A stretch of 64,000 nucleotides of DNA, taken from the NCBI RefSeq assembly GCF_006345805.1, contig NC_042997.1, forward strand, positions 31,806,001-31,870,000, in the 5' to 3' direction. Of this stretch, positions 50,101 to 62,992 are shown piece by piece. Made by a program: the position numbers and the translations under genes. Under the pieces are notes generated by a model. It was not told the origin of the DNA and ran no database searches. It saw only the letters and a program-made list of their open reading frames with translations. The first letter of the stretch is position 1; each line of letters opens with the position of its first letter. The DNA is from Octopus sinensis (taxonomy: Eukaryota).

Positions 50101-50500
50101 GTTTCTTTATTAGCCACACAGGGCTGCACACAGACAGAACAAATTACACGGTAGAGCTTTTCTTTTGAAGGTTAAAAAAAAGGGGGTTGGTTTTCGATCA
50201 AAAGGGATCGTAAAAGAAAAGAAAGAGGACAAAAAAAGGGGAGGATTTTTTAAAAAAAGGGGGGGAGAGGGGAAAAAAAAAAAGGAAAGGGAAGAGGAAA
50301 AAAAGTTGATCAATAGGGATCGTAATCACAGAAATGTCAATATGAAGTGTAAAGGGGAGGACAGGTGAGGTTTACCCGTGGAAAGAAAAGCCTACGGAAA
50401 AGACCACGGTAACCTCGGTCAATGAAGTCACATGTTATATTTCTTTCTTTTATTTTTTTTTTTGCAAATAAGCAACTCTCTGTATTAATTTTTACGGTTC
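50101..50500 (-). mobile_element. 3' UTR-only copy of a sister Tx1 subfamily abutting (GATA)n
   Basis: ttattagccacacagggctg, gagcttttctttt, aaaagggatcg and aaaagccta..gaaaagaccacgg are shared with 28446-28710; (GATA)n at 50501-50579. Confidence 0.85.
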
Positions 50501-50579
<79 letters not shown>

Positions 50580-50644
50580 GACACACGCGCGCGCACACAC
50601 ACACACACACGCCCGCACAGACACACACACACTTAGTATGAATC

Positions 50645-51255
50645 AGCTTTTTTTCTTTTTACTCTAGGCACAAGGCCCAAAATTTTGGGGAAGGGGGCCA
50701 GTCTATTAGCTTGACCCAGTATATGACTGGTACTTGATTTATCGACCTCGAAAGGATGAAAGGCTAAGTCGACCTCGGCGGAATTTGAACTCAGAACGTA
50801 AAGAGAGACGAAATACCGCTAAACATTTCGCCCGGCGTGCTAACGTTTCTTATTTCTTTATTGCCCACAAGAGGGGACAAACAAGGACAGACAACGGGAT
50901 TAAGTCGATTACATCGACTCCAGTGCGTAACTGGTACTTATTTAATCGACCCCGAAAGGATGAAAGGCAAAGTCGACCTCGGCGGAATTTGAACACAGAA
51001 CGTAACGGCAGACGAAACACCTATTTCTTTACTTCCCACAAGGGGCTAAACATAGAGGGGACAAAGAAGGACAGACAGACAGATTAAATCGATTATATCG
51101 ACCCCAGTGTGTAACTGGTACTTAATTTAGCGACCCCGAAAGGATGAAAGGCAAAGTCGACCTCGGCGTAATTTGAACTCAGAACGTGACGGCAGACGAA
51201 ATACCGCTAAGCATTTCGCCCTGCACGCTAACGTTTCTGCTAGCTCTCCGCCTTC
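50645..51255 (-). mobile_element. Tandem family B SINE units
   Basis: Three units of aaggatgaaaggcaaagtcgacctcggcggaatttgaac. Confidence 0.85.
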
Positions 51256-51269
51256 AGCCTTATTTATAT

Positions 51270-52050
51270 TTTTTTCAGGGTTCCAAATTGCTCCCCAAGC
51301 AGGATTCAAACACGTGATTGTAGCTGTTATTATTAAGACGAGCTCGGCTAGACAGAAGAATATAGTAGTGGTAGGTTCGGAAAAGGTGGAAATGTCTAAG
51401 AAAGTTTAAGGGCTTGTAGGCCGTCTTTATGAGGAATGACGCTGTGAACAGTGGTTTGACGTTCATAGTGAAAAGGAGTTTGAACTCTCCAGACGGTTAA
51501 GAAAATGAGTTGAAGATGTTTAAGACACGGCTGCTGTCTTTAATGTGTGCGGTTGAAGCAGCAACGAAATGTGATAATAGTTTGTCAAAACAGGTGATAG
51601 AAGTTTCGAGGGACAGTTACAGGCAGGGACGATAGGACGACCAGGATTGTCTGGTTTGTGAATTTGGGTAACGAATATATATATATTGTGGGGTGTGGTT
51701 AGAATGAGGTAGTGGCAATGGATGGAAGTGAGCCAAAAGAGAGAAAGTTCATGGACATTGGTCGAGACTTGCTTCTGATAATGGCTGGTAATACTGTTTG
51801 GTATCTCGATGTAGAATCGAGAGTCATTCAGTTGACATCTTGTCCCTACAGGTCGGAAGAACAAGCAATGATAACGCTCTCTTTGTTAACTGGTTTCATA
51901 ACGATCTCTCGCCGTTTATGGAGAGTGGCTAGTTCCGATAGGAGAAGGTTCGATCTTCTTACTTTCTTCGTGAACGTGAAGATGCTTAAACTGAAGCGGT
52001 ATTTATTAACATTTAAATCGACTTAGTGACGGAAGCCTAGGTTTGGTCTC
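51270..52050 (-). mobile_element. Penelope-like RT remnant
   Basis: Degenerate frames include CQLNDSRFY, QIHKPDNPGRPIVPACNCP and FTMNVKPL (PLE RT KIHK..PGRPIV and motif A). Confidence 0.75.
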
Positions 52051-52169
52051 CAGTTTGAGATGTATAAACATATGTCTATACAAATGTATGTCTATGTATG
52101 TATGTATGTATGTATGTATGTATGTATGTGTGAATGTGTGTATATATGTAAGTTATGAATAGAATATAG

Positions 52170-52206
<37 letters not shown>

Positions 52207-52220
52207 ATATATATATATTA

Positions 52221-53020
52221 ATTTCGAAACGTACGTCCGTAGATAACTTAAAATTGTATGATAGATTGCCGTCAATTCATTCTCTCTTACCTGTTTGTGT
52301 CTGCCTCCAATTGCTGTTTTTACTGAGATCTCCCTTTTTAGTAGAAGAAATAGCTATAACTCTTTGACTGCTATTTCTAAATTCGGTATGTGGTAAGGCA
52401 ATTCGTGCTAAACCCTTTATTGCTTAGTATTACTTAAATTTCCTCGAATGAGGCTTTTACATGCCGAAGACTACTTGGTGTATTGATAATTATTCCAAAT
52501 AATTAATTTCACCCCTTCATTATTACGGATAACATATTTTATATCAGTAGATGACCACAGCATCTTGTTTTGGCTACACGCGGGTGGGAAGGGGCTGGTG
52601 ACACAATCTTTTCATTCAAGCATTGAATTTGGTGATACTAGTTGCGGATTCTAGCTCGCTCTGATACTGAGTTGAGTTGGTGCCTTCTAGTATCTCAAAT
52701 TCAATATATAATCATTTATGATATATAGTATTCTACGCTGAAGAGAAAAGAAGTTTTTTGGTAGATAGAATTATTTAATATTTAATTCTTATGCTTTCCT
52801 AAAGACTGATTTCGAAACGTACGTCCGTAGATAACTTAAAATTGTATGATAGATTGCCGTCAATTCATTCTCTCTTACCTGTTTGTGTCTGCCTTCCAAT
52901 TGCTGTTTTTACTGAGATCTCCCTTTTTAGTAGAAGAAATAGCTATAACTCTTTGACTGCTATTTCTAAATTCGGTATGTGGTAAGGCAATTCGTTGCTA
53001 AACCCTTTATTGCTTAGTAT
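52221..53020 (+). repeat. About 1.36 monomers of a 588-nt hammerhead-containing repeat (about 210-bp direct repeats at 52221-52430 and 52809-53020), flanked by (TA)n
   Basis: atttcgaaacgtacgtccgtag...ctttattgcttagta occurs twice at a 588-nt spacing. Confidence 0.92.
52729..52833 (+). ncRNA. Type I hammerhead ribozyme, canonical core, 69-nt stem II
   Basis: tctacg 52732-52737 pairs with cgtaga 52826-52831; CTGAAGA 52738-52744; G10.1-C11.1 pair (gaaa/tttc); GAAA 52814-52817; palindromic stem III acgtacgt; GTC with C52825. Confidence 0.88.
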
Positions 53021-54659
53021 ATATATATATATATAATGGCTGCCCCCTCGTTATCGAGTATGGCCATTGCACGAAGCTCAACTGTTATTGGTGCTGTGAT
53101 CGAATGTGACTTTTATTTGCTTTTTAAGGCTACAGCCAGCCATTCAGTTGAGACTCACAGCACTATCAACAATCATGAACAATGTTATCGTGCAATGCCC
53201 ATGCAAGAAGATTTTTTTTAAAGTGAGGAAAGGCTGTGCACTGAGTCAATCCCACTCACTAAGCAACAGCAGCCATAATCCGAAAAGAACAAGTCAACAT
53301 CATCGGTAACCACTGAGCCGCAGGTTTTATGTCGGAGTTATCCCAGTTACCTGAGTTACCTTCTCCTAGAAGTATGCCCTAACAAAGTCTAGGAGTCCTT
53401 TATTCCCAATGGTTTGACCGCGCGATCGGGTATTTAGTTCGATTATTTCTATGTCCTCATGCATGATACAGCCATAAGACATTTATTGGATGGCCGTTGA
53501 CTCTCAAGAGTTCCTCCGCCCTTTGACGGGTTTTGTTTTTCATCCCGCAGGGTGTCCAATAAACACCCTCCTCACCAAGCAAGCTTGGTGGTGTTGCCGG
53601 TTTAGTTGCCGATGGCCCGACCATACAACAGGTTGTACTGGGTTACATGTTACCAGTAGCACTCGAAAGTGACCTGACACTTCATATATATATACATGCA
53701 TACATACATACACGCATACATACGTACATAAATACATACATACATAAACATATGCATGCATACATACATACACGCATACATACATACATACATACATACA
53801 TACATACATACATACATACATACATACATGCATACATACATGCACGCATACATACATACATACATGCACGCATACATACATACATACATACATACATACA
53901 TACATACATACATACATACATACATACATACATACATACATGCACGCATACATACATACATGCACGCATACATACATGCACGCATACATACATACATACA
54001 TACATACATACATACATACATACATACATACATACATACATACATGCATAATACATACATACATACATACATACATACATAACAGGTTGAGGCAAAAGTT
54101 TTTCGAATTTCCACTGATCATATTTGATAACTTGTATCTCAATGTTATATTATTAATTTGGTACAACTTGTTGTCCAATCATTACTGAATTGTTTATTCT
54201 TTATTTTCGTATGTAACATATAAACATTAAAGGTTTATTCTTTATTTGTGACACCTTTGTTAATGAGTGGTGGACAAATTACAATTACAGCCATTTTGTG
54301 CTACCTGTGTAAAAAGGACTGACTGCAACGACAGAAGCAGCCGTCCAAGAATTTGGACCTGGAGATCTCCATTTCTAGCGACTTCGAGGGCCACCTCCCT
54401 TGGTTACGGGCGTCAACGAAGAGCCCTCGACTACAACAAGACGACCAAAGATTTTTTTTTCCCAAGGTCTGGGGTCTCCCGCCCCTAAACCCTAGACCAT
54501 CACCTAATCACCCTTACCCGTCTTGTTGCTTAACAACAACAACAACAATGACAGCAGCAAAAGAAATTAACGATGTAAAAGGAACTGGAATGAGATTTAG
54601 ATTCCAATGAGTTTTAACTTCCACTAAATCCATCAAAAACAGTTTTCTTCGATTTTCTA

Positions 54660-54985
54660 TAAAAGGGTGAAGACCCCCTTCGGTCATAAATGACTATAGG
54701 ATTGCAACTAGTATGTGACTCTCTGAGGCACAAGTCCGCGCAAGGTTATTTATGAAAGACCATGCATACCGGCCTCCCATCTCCACATCACTGATGTTAT
54801 TCCAAGGGAAAGGTAAAGCCCTATACAGCATGACACCAGTAACGTCGCAACTCATTTTCTATAGCTGTGTGAACTGGAGCAACGTGAAATGAAGTGTGTT
54901 GCTAAAGAACACAACACACACCCTGTCTGAGAATCGAAATCAGTACCTTATAATTGGGATCCCAACGCTCTAGCCACTGAGCCTA
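54660..54985 (-). mobile_element. Old tRNA-SINE with Nin/Deu-like central domain (second copy about 56440-56690)
   Basis: gtgaactggagcaacgtgaaat(g/a)a(g/t)gtgt(g/t)ttgct is present in both copies; domain name from recall. Confidence 0.5.
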
Positions 54986-55332
54986 GCTTATAAACTCCCC
55001 GATTCGGTTCGAAACAAGTACTGCTTTCTTGATCCATTTCATCAGCTGAAGAATTATTCAAGGGAAATAACTCTTTAGAACTATCAAAGGTACATAATCA
55101 TTGAGACTGAATTAATTCCCTTGAGAAATTTCTTGTTATTAATGTTTTTGATAAACAGTTAATGCATTTCATTTATTTTCTTTTATCGTCATTGAATTTT
55201 TAAATATTATAAACCTTAAAATCAAATATTTAATTGAGAATAGAAAGTATGATGTTGAAATTTCCTATTTTTATGTTATACAAGAACTACACTTTAGATG
55301 AGTTGTAGTGCACCTGAGCACTGTACACAATG

Positions 55333-55387
<55 letters not shown>

Positions 55388-55454
55388 TTATTATTATTAT
55401 TATTATTATTATTAAAAGAGAAATAACAGCATAATTGTTGCAACATGAACGAAG

Positions 55455-56225
55455 AGAATCAAGAGTGATTTTTTTATTCCCACAAGGGGACAACATAGAT
55501 AAGGGACAATACAATCTGATTGGGGTCAGATGGACGGATGACATTAAAAATTCACAAAAATATGAATAAATCGAATGATAGCACAGACCGGAAGATATAT
55601 TATGGATGGAGTGGGAAGGCGGGTTCAATTCGGAGCCCCGCCTCGCCACTGATACCTGAGATACGTCCTGCGTCGCATTCATGAGGTTACATTCACTCGC
55701 AACAACCGTGCCACACTCTTCCATCGATTTTCAAACATTTTCACAGTCAGGCATTTTCTCTCCAGCCCTATCTTCCTTTTAAGGTGAAAGGCGAAATAAT
55801 TCACCAAATTACGGCCGGAGATGAATGTGCCTGACTTTAATCCTTTCTGTCTCGTCTTCCACATCACCTCTCTCGCAATTGCTACTACAATGAGAAAACA
55901 ATTCTTACTTTCTTTCGAAAGGAAATCAGGCGGGTCAATTTTTACTATAGATTCAGTCGATAGCTGTACTCTTCGAGTACTTGACAACAGTTGTTCGGCA
56001 TAAACCCACATGTCTGACACCTTCCGAACACTGAACAATAGCGTGCGGGACGGTTTCCCTATCCCGCTCACATCTTGGACAGGTCGAAGAGCCGCTGCCT
56101 CCATGCCTTCTGAGCTTGTCCCGAACAGGTAAGGCTCCTCAGTAACACTGCCATGCCAGAGACTTCTGAAAGTTGACCAGGGTCTTCGGCCCGAATGTAC
56201 GTCGGAACAGACTGGCCAGCTGATT
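55455..56225 (-). mobile_element. 5'-truncated Tx1 copy of another subfamily (ORF2 C-terminus + 3' UTR)
   Basis: FQKSLAWQCY..ALPVRDKL...TCPRCERDRETVPHAIVQC...FHLKRKIGLER is homologous to 28787-29265; AATAAA near 55475. Confidence 0.88.
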
Positions 56226-56706
56226 ATCGTCGAGAATCAAGAGTAACGTTACAGTTTGTGATACATGCGCATAACGAACATACACACAAGCATTTTGGTG
56301 TTTGTGTCAGAGTATTTTTCAACAATTTTTTTTCGAATGTTTATATATGAAATTCTAAAAGTGGACATTTAGAAGTTGAATAGAAGTTATTTTGTGCAAG
56401 AAAACTAACGGTTGTTAGACTGGGCTTAAAGGTAAAGATTACTTTCTCGTGTCATGCCAACTCATAAAGGCCGATTTCTCGGTTTCCATGACGTATAAAT
56501 TCCCCACTCAGACTGCAAACCGGTCCGTCGCAGGATTACTCATTTTTGAAAGCTGAGTGAACTGGAGCAACGTGAAATAATGTGTTTTGCTCAAGAGCGC
56601 AACGCGTCGCCTGGTCCAGAAATCGAAACCATAATTTTACGATCACGACGAGTCCAACATCCTAACCACAAAGCCACACGCCTCCAGGCTGGGCTTGAAT
56701 GAGTCT

Positions 56707-56980
56707 AGTTCCTTCTCGTTTCCTGGTTTCCTTGGCGTATAGGTTCCCCACCTGGACGGGACGCCGGTCCGTCGTAGGTGAGCTGCAAGATGCATGAGGA
56801 AAGAGTGAGTGAAAGCAGAAGAGTGAGAGTCAGCAGAAGTTCACCATTACCTTCTGCCAGAGCCGCGTGGAGCTTAGGTGTTTCGTTCATAAACACATAC
56901 ATCGCCCGGTCTAAGATTCGAACCCGCTATCTCTCGACCGCGAGTCCGCTGCTCTAACCACTAGGCCATGTGCCTCCACT
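56707..56980 (-). mobile_element. Family D SINE with 13-bp TSD
   Basis: Homologous to 39109-39410; TSD cttgaatgagtct / cttgaacgagtct. Confidence 0.9.
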
Positions 56981-57744
56981 CTTGAACGAGTCTGAATATG
57001 TACTTGTATGCAATATTGGTTTCAGATTTAGGAACACGGCCAACAAGCTTGCGTAAGAGGGTAAGCCGATTACATCGACCCAAATGCTCAACTGGTACTT
57101 AATTTATAGACTCCTAAAGGATAAAAAGCAAAGTCGACCTCGATGGAATTTGAACTCAGAACGTAAGGACAGACAAAATGCTGCAAAGCATTTTGCCCGG
57201 CTTGCTAAAGATTCTACCAGCTCACCGCCTTATTTGTGGGTAATATTACTATCACAGGGCAACGAGCTGGCAGAATTGTTAGCATGCTGGGCAAAATGCT
57301 TGGCTGCGTTTCGTCCGTCAGTACGTTCTGAGTTCAATTTCTGCTGAGCTTGGTAGCTAGCTAGGTAAATCGATGGATAAATTCATGGGTGGACGGACAG
57401 AGAGGTAGCTAAACTAGTGTATATATATATATTTACTTTTTTACTTTTTAACTTATATTAAACTTTTAATACTTTTTGATAGTTATATATATTTTTTTTT
57501 AAATTAAATGAATAAATAAATAAATAAAAATAAAAATAGAAATGAAAATATATATTTATATATATATAAAAAATTATAAAATAAATTAATAATTTTAAAT
57601 TTTTAACTTTAAATTTAAATAATTTTAAATTTTAAATTTTGTATTTTATATATTTTGTATATTATATTAATTATTTTTATTTCTATGTTTTGTTTATGTT
57701 TTCCACTGTTTGATTTGCCTAATAGTGGTTTTATCTCTAATTTA

Positions 57745-57793
<49 letters not shown>

Positions 57794-57840
57794 TATATAT
57801 ATATATCTATATATATATATATTATATATATATTTATATA

Positions 57841-57872
<32 letters not shown>

Positions 57873-57926
57873 GATATATATATCTATAATATATATTATA
57901 TATATATATATATTATATATATATAT

Positions 57927-57984
<58 letters not shown>

Positions 57985-58010
57985 TTATCTATATTTATTT
58001 ATATTATTTA

Positions 58011-58059
<49 letters not shown>

Positions 58060-58084
58060 GAGGGAATTTTCTTTCTTGGTGGAA

Positions 58085-58590
58085 TTTTCTAGAGGAATTT
58101 TCTTTCTTGATGCTCCTGGTTCACAGGAAAAAACATTTGTAACATTACTCCTCTCCAAGGTAAGGTAACAAAAAAGAATTGCAGTTGCTGTACCATTGTC
58201 TGGCTTTGCTGCCACCATTCTCCCAGGAGGACGAACAGCTCATACTGTTTTTAAATTACCACTGAACCTGGTCACAAATGACAGTCCAATTTGTATCATA
58301 AGCAAAGATTCAGGTTCACCAGAAGTGTTGTGCCAATGCTACCTTATCATTTGGGATGGATGCACCATGTCACGTAGAGGTGCAATGGAAGCTCTTGGTA
58401 TGACCTTACAGGACATCAGAGGCAACAATGAATCTATGGGAGGAGTCACATTAGTTTTATCGGAGACTTCAGACAGACATTACCAGTCATTCCGAGACGA
58501 ACAAGTTCTGATGAAATAAAAGCATGCATTTAGTCTTCACACCTATGGAATAAAATACTGAAATTCTCCTTCAATATGAATGTGCGACCT
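58085..58590 (+). mobile_element. Helitron PIF1-like helicase remnant
   Basis: FLDAPG.TGKTF (Walker A, frameshifted), AATILPGGRTAHTVFKLPL, LIIWDGCTM, GGVTLVL.GDFRQTLPVI. Confidence 0.88.
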
Positions 58591-58614
58591 TTATTACATG
58601 GGGACCAATGTCTT

Positions 58615-58654
<40 letters not shown>

Positions 58655-59054
58655 CACACACATACATAATAGATCAGGATTCAAGTGAATCTGTCACTAA
58701 AATGGTAAGGCACCGAAAAGTGAAATGTGTACACAACAAAAAATAGAGGAAAACATACATGGGTACTGAAGTAAAGGCAGAAAGATATTCAGGTTATGTA
58801 TGCGATTAACTGTGCCCGACAAAGTATATCGACAGCCCTGAGGCTAATCAAGAAACGTACATTGCACTAAACGCACGGTCCATAATATACGCGGGATCTA
58901 CGCAAGGAGCAGGTTCCGAGAGAGATGAATAATAAATGACTGTGTAACTATAAATAAATGACAAGAGATGGATAATATGCCCATTCGCTACAGCTGTTTC
59001 CAACGAACTTTTAATTAATTGATTATTGGTGATATTACTATATCATTAGAAAAG

Positions 59055-59229
59055 AACCGTTTTCATGGGGTGAATACATGAACCACAACATTCAAAAACA
59101 TTCAAAAACCATTGGGATGTACATCTTCATGATTTTATGACCTTGCTAGAATCATAAAGGTGCACATCCCGTTGCTTTTCGAGTGTTTTTCAATGTTGTG
59201 GTTCGTGTATTCACCTGATGAAAAAGGTT
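59055..59229. repeat. 175-nt long imperfect hairpin
   Basis: ggtgaatacatgaaccacaacattcaaaaacattcaaaaa pairs with ttttcgagtgtttttcaatgttgtggttcgtgtattcacc, and gggatgtacatctt pairs with aaaggtgcacatccc. Confidence 0.88.
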
Positions 59230-59559
59230 GGGTTTTTTTTCTATTGATGTAATAATGTCTCCATTAATGAATTAATTAAAAACTTCGTTGGAAACAGCTG
59301 TAGTGAATTGGCACATTATACATTTGTTGTTATTTATTCATGTGTGTGTGTATGTGTGTGTATGTGTGTGTATACATACATACATACATACATACATACG
59401 TGCATGCACACACACACACACACACATCTATATCTATATATATATATATATAATATATATATATATATTGCAACTTTTAATAAAGCCTGTCCTTGTATGA
59501 AACGATTGTACTAAAAACCTATCCATTCTTGTTGCTTCTTTCTCGCGTATATATATATA

Positions 59560-59593
<34 letters not shown>

Positions 59594-60139
59594 TGATTAA
59601 TAGCTAATTAATTTTACCCTGAATACTTGGTGAAATTAATTAATAGCTAATTAATTTTACCCTCAATTGTTGAAATTATATATATATATATATATACATA
59701 TATATATTGACTTGGCATGGATGTCTTGTTTGAACACCGAACACTGAGTTATTAAGCTTGAGAGATCCTCTCATATAGGAACTTGTTTTATAAAAGCACA
59801 TACATAGATCGTAGCAAACAAGAATGGTCTGTCATGGGCGCCGGAACTCCCATATCACGTGATTTCATCTTAAACACACACACACACATACACAAATACG
59901 CACACACACACACACGTACACAAATACGCACACACACACGTATGTATGTATGTATGTATGTATGTATGTATGTATGTATGTATGTATGTATGTATATGGA
60001 GCCCCCAAATTGACCAGTTTGCGGAGCGAATATCTCCAGCAATTATAGGCTATCCTACTTCCTCTCACTGGCGTTACGACCACTCATTGAAATGTGGACC
60101 TCCTCCGTAGAATCAGTTGTTGCAATCACTCCAACGACT

Positions 60140-62023
60140 TCGCAGGTTGTGTAGTGGGTAGTATGGATGTGGTTTCATTCTACCCATCTATAGATTTTGC
60201 TGTGGAAAATGCATTGAGATTATCTGTGAGAGCAAAGTAGAGTTCTGCGAAGTCAACACGAGGGAATTGGGCCTCCTCTTTACACTAAGCTATGACCATA
60301 GCTACCTTGACGACTATGACCTCAGTAGATTCTGCGCCACCAGGTCACAGAGAAAAAGACCACCCACCGTCATCCCGGCAGTGAAGAAAAGCACTACAGA
60401 ACGCTGGAGTTGTTGAACCATACCCACCAAAGACCCTGAGAGCAACAATCAAGTGAAAAGAGTGCATGCTATAGGAGCTAGCGTAAGAACCACCTTGAAG
60501 AACCACATAGTTAAGTTTGACAGGAAACTATACATGCGGGTTCAAAGTGCAGCCATTGGTGTCGGTGTGACTGGAGACGTGGCCAACCTCTTCATGACCT
60601 GGTGGGATAGGAAACTTTAACAATCCCTAGCTGAACAACCCACAACTGTATTGCTTTACTGTAAGTATGTAGATGACATCAGTATTCTAGTTAGAGCAAA
60701 CCTTAGTAAATGTAGTGTAGAAACCGAGAGGGGAATAATGAAGAGCATCCAGCACGTAGCTAACTCCATCCACCAAAGTATCAAGGTAACTATAGATTGC
60801 ACCACTAGGTACCCTAACAATAGACTCCCTGTCCTTGATACTGAACTTTGGTTAGAGACTGTAAACAACAAAGTGCAGCTCCCCCACACCTATTACGTGA
60901 AACTCATAGCTTCTAAATATGTTGTTCACAAGAACTCAGCTTTGTCACAATACGAAAATCAACATATTGATAGCAGACTTGGGAAAAGGAATAACGTGCC
61001 CTCGCTATGTAAGGAAACATGTACAGAATTTCATGCATCGCATGCAATTCTATGGATATGACCAGAAAGGCAAGATTCGTGTATACAGGGGAGCTAGAAA
61101 GAAGTTAGATAGCATTATATGTAATGATGACTCGCGGTCATAGGATCGTGGTTTCGATTCCCAGACCGGGCATTGTGAGTGTTTATTGAGCGAAAACACC
61201 TAAAAGCTCCACGAGGCTCTGGCAGGGGATGGTGGTGATCCCTGCTGTACTCTTTCACCACAAATTTCTCTCACTCTTACTTCCTGTTTCTGTTGTACCT
61301 GTATTTCAAGGGGCCGGCCTTGTCACTCTCTGTGTCACGCTGAATATCCCCGAGAACTACGTTAAGGGTACACGTGTCTGTGGAGTGCTCAGCCACTTAC
61401 ACGTTAATTTCACGAGCAGGCTGTTCCGTTGATTCGGATCAACCGGAATCCTCGTCGTCGTTACCGACGGAGTGCTTCATCATGTAATGATGCCAGTGGT
61501 GCCCGCCTTAGATACAGAGGCAAAAACTGGAATAGAACACAGAGAGTTTGTGACAAAGCAAACAAAGTAAATACACGGTACAGGGCTGACAAATATCATG
61601 GAGTGATGTATGTAGAGGACACACCCCATGGGTAACTAGCACGTAGATTTAGGAAAGCTCTGAGGGAGACCTAGCACAATATTAGGATCGTTGAAAAGCC
61701 AGGGAGCTCCAAAGGATCGTAGAACGTACCCGTTTGAAAATACCACCATTAATGAGAACTACGTGATACGTAAGAATACGGCATAAATTAAAGAGACATC
61801 TAGAAGTATTGCGGAGAGAATAAATGGCCACTTGAGGCAATATGATGACAAAAAGCAGTCCTCCATACTCTACCAACATCCCAAAGACCAATATGAAGGC
61901 ACACTGGGCCGACTTGACATTCGCATTTTATCTAAACACCAGAAGGACCAGTCACTCAAACAAATACAGGAGTACGTCCTCATAAATGAGACGTCCCCCG
62001 TACTAAATAGGAAATACACGTAG
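60140..62023 (+). mobile_element. Penelope-like RT + GIY-YIG remnant, interrupted by a SINE
   Basis: GSMDVVSFYPSI, AIGVGVTGDVANLFM, YCKYVDDI, LPVLDTELW, then C-terminal [33 protein letters not shown]. Confidence 0.78.
61130..61481 (+). mobile_element. 5'-truncated family C SINE with 11-bp TSD
   Basis: Homologous to 23254-23637; TSD atgtaatgatg at 61119-61129 and 61482-61492. Confidence 0.9.
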
Positions 62024-62109
62024 AAGGTAGTGATACCCCAGTACCAACAGAATATACATACATAGGTATATTTGCTAGTAGGCTATTATGTAGGTACATG
62101 TGAGTGTAG

Positions 62110-62575
62110 GTTGGTAGGTAGGTAAGTATATAAGTAGGTAGGTAGGTAGGTAAGTAGGTAGGTAGGTAGGTAGGTAGGTAGGTAGGTAGGTAGGTAGGTA
62201 GGTAGGTAAGTAGGTAGGTAGGTAGGTAAGTAGGTAGGTAGGTAGGTAGGTTGGTTGGTTGGTAGGTAGGTAGGTAGGTAGGTAGGTAGGTTGGTTGGTT
62301 GGTAAGTAGGTAGGTAGGTAGGAAGGTAGGTAGGTAGGTAGGTAGGTAGGTAGGTAGGAAGGTTAGTAGGTAGGTAGGTAGGTAGGTAGGTAGGTAGGTA
62401 GGTAGGTAGGTAGGTAGGTAGGTAGGTAGGTAGGTTTGTAGGAAGGATGGTAGGTAGGTAGGTAGGTAGGTAGGTAGGAAGGATGGTAAGTAGGTAGGTA
62501 GGTTGGTAGGTAGGTAGGTAGGTAGGTAGGTAGGTAGGTAGGTAGGTAGGTAAGTAGGTAGGTAGGTAGGTAAAT
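62110..62575. repeat. (TAGG)n microsatellite
   Basis: Direct inspection. Confidence 0.98.
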
Positions 62576-62992
62576 GGATATATAGATAAACAGATAGATA
62601 CATAGGTAAATAGATAGATAGGTACATAAGTAATATGGACAATCACAAACTCACACACATACACACGCACGCACGCGCACACATACATACATATATTTGT
62701 ACATATACAAGCACACATGTATGCTGACAGATGTGCACAAACCGACAACCGGAACGCAACTCCAATAACGGACAGTCAACATTTATTGACAAGGTTGCAA
62801 AACCAACGAAAATTTTGGAAGGAAAAATAGAAATAATAAATGAGTGGAAATCGAACCGGTGAGTGTGTTCAGAAATAAGGCATTAAGAGAATATGATTCT
62901 CCCCAGACACAACAAAATTTGCTTCAACACACGAATTCACATAAAGAATCTTGCAAACTAGATTTTTAAAAAAAAACGAAGTGTTATATATA

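Noticed and set aside
55000-55135. CTGATGA (minus) and CTGAAGA (plus) with a tcaagggaa/ttcccttga stem
   Set aside because: The core nucleotides are themselves inside the inverted repeat, and GAAA/NUH spacing is wrong on both strands.
57440-58060. Very AT-rich, stuttered region
   Set aside because: Low complexity, probably noisy assembly; no definable structure.
58830-58875. CTGAGGC...GAAACGTACATT
   Set aside because: A9 and G16.2 are mutated and there is no stem I or II.
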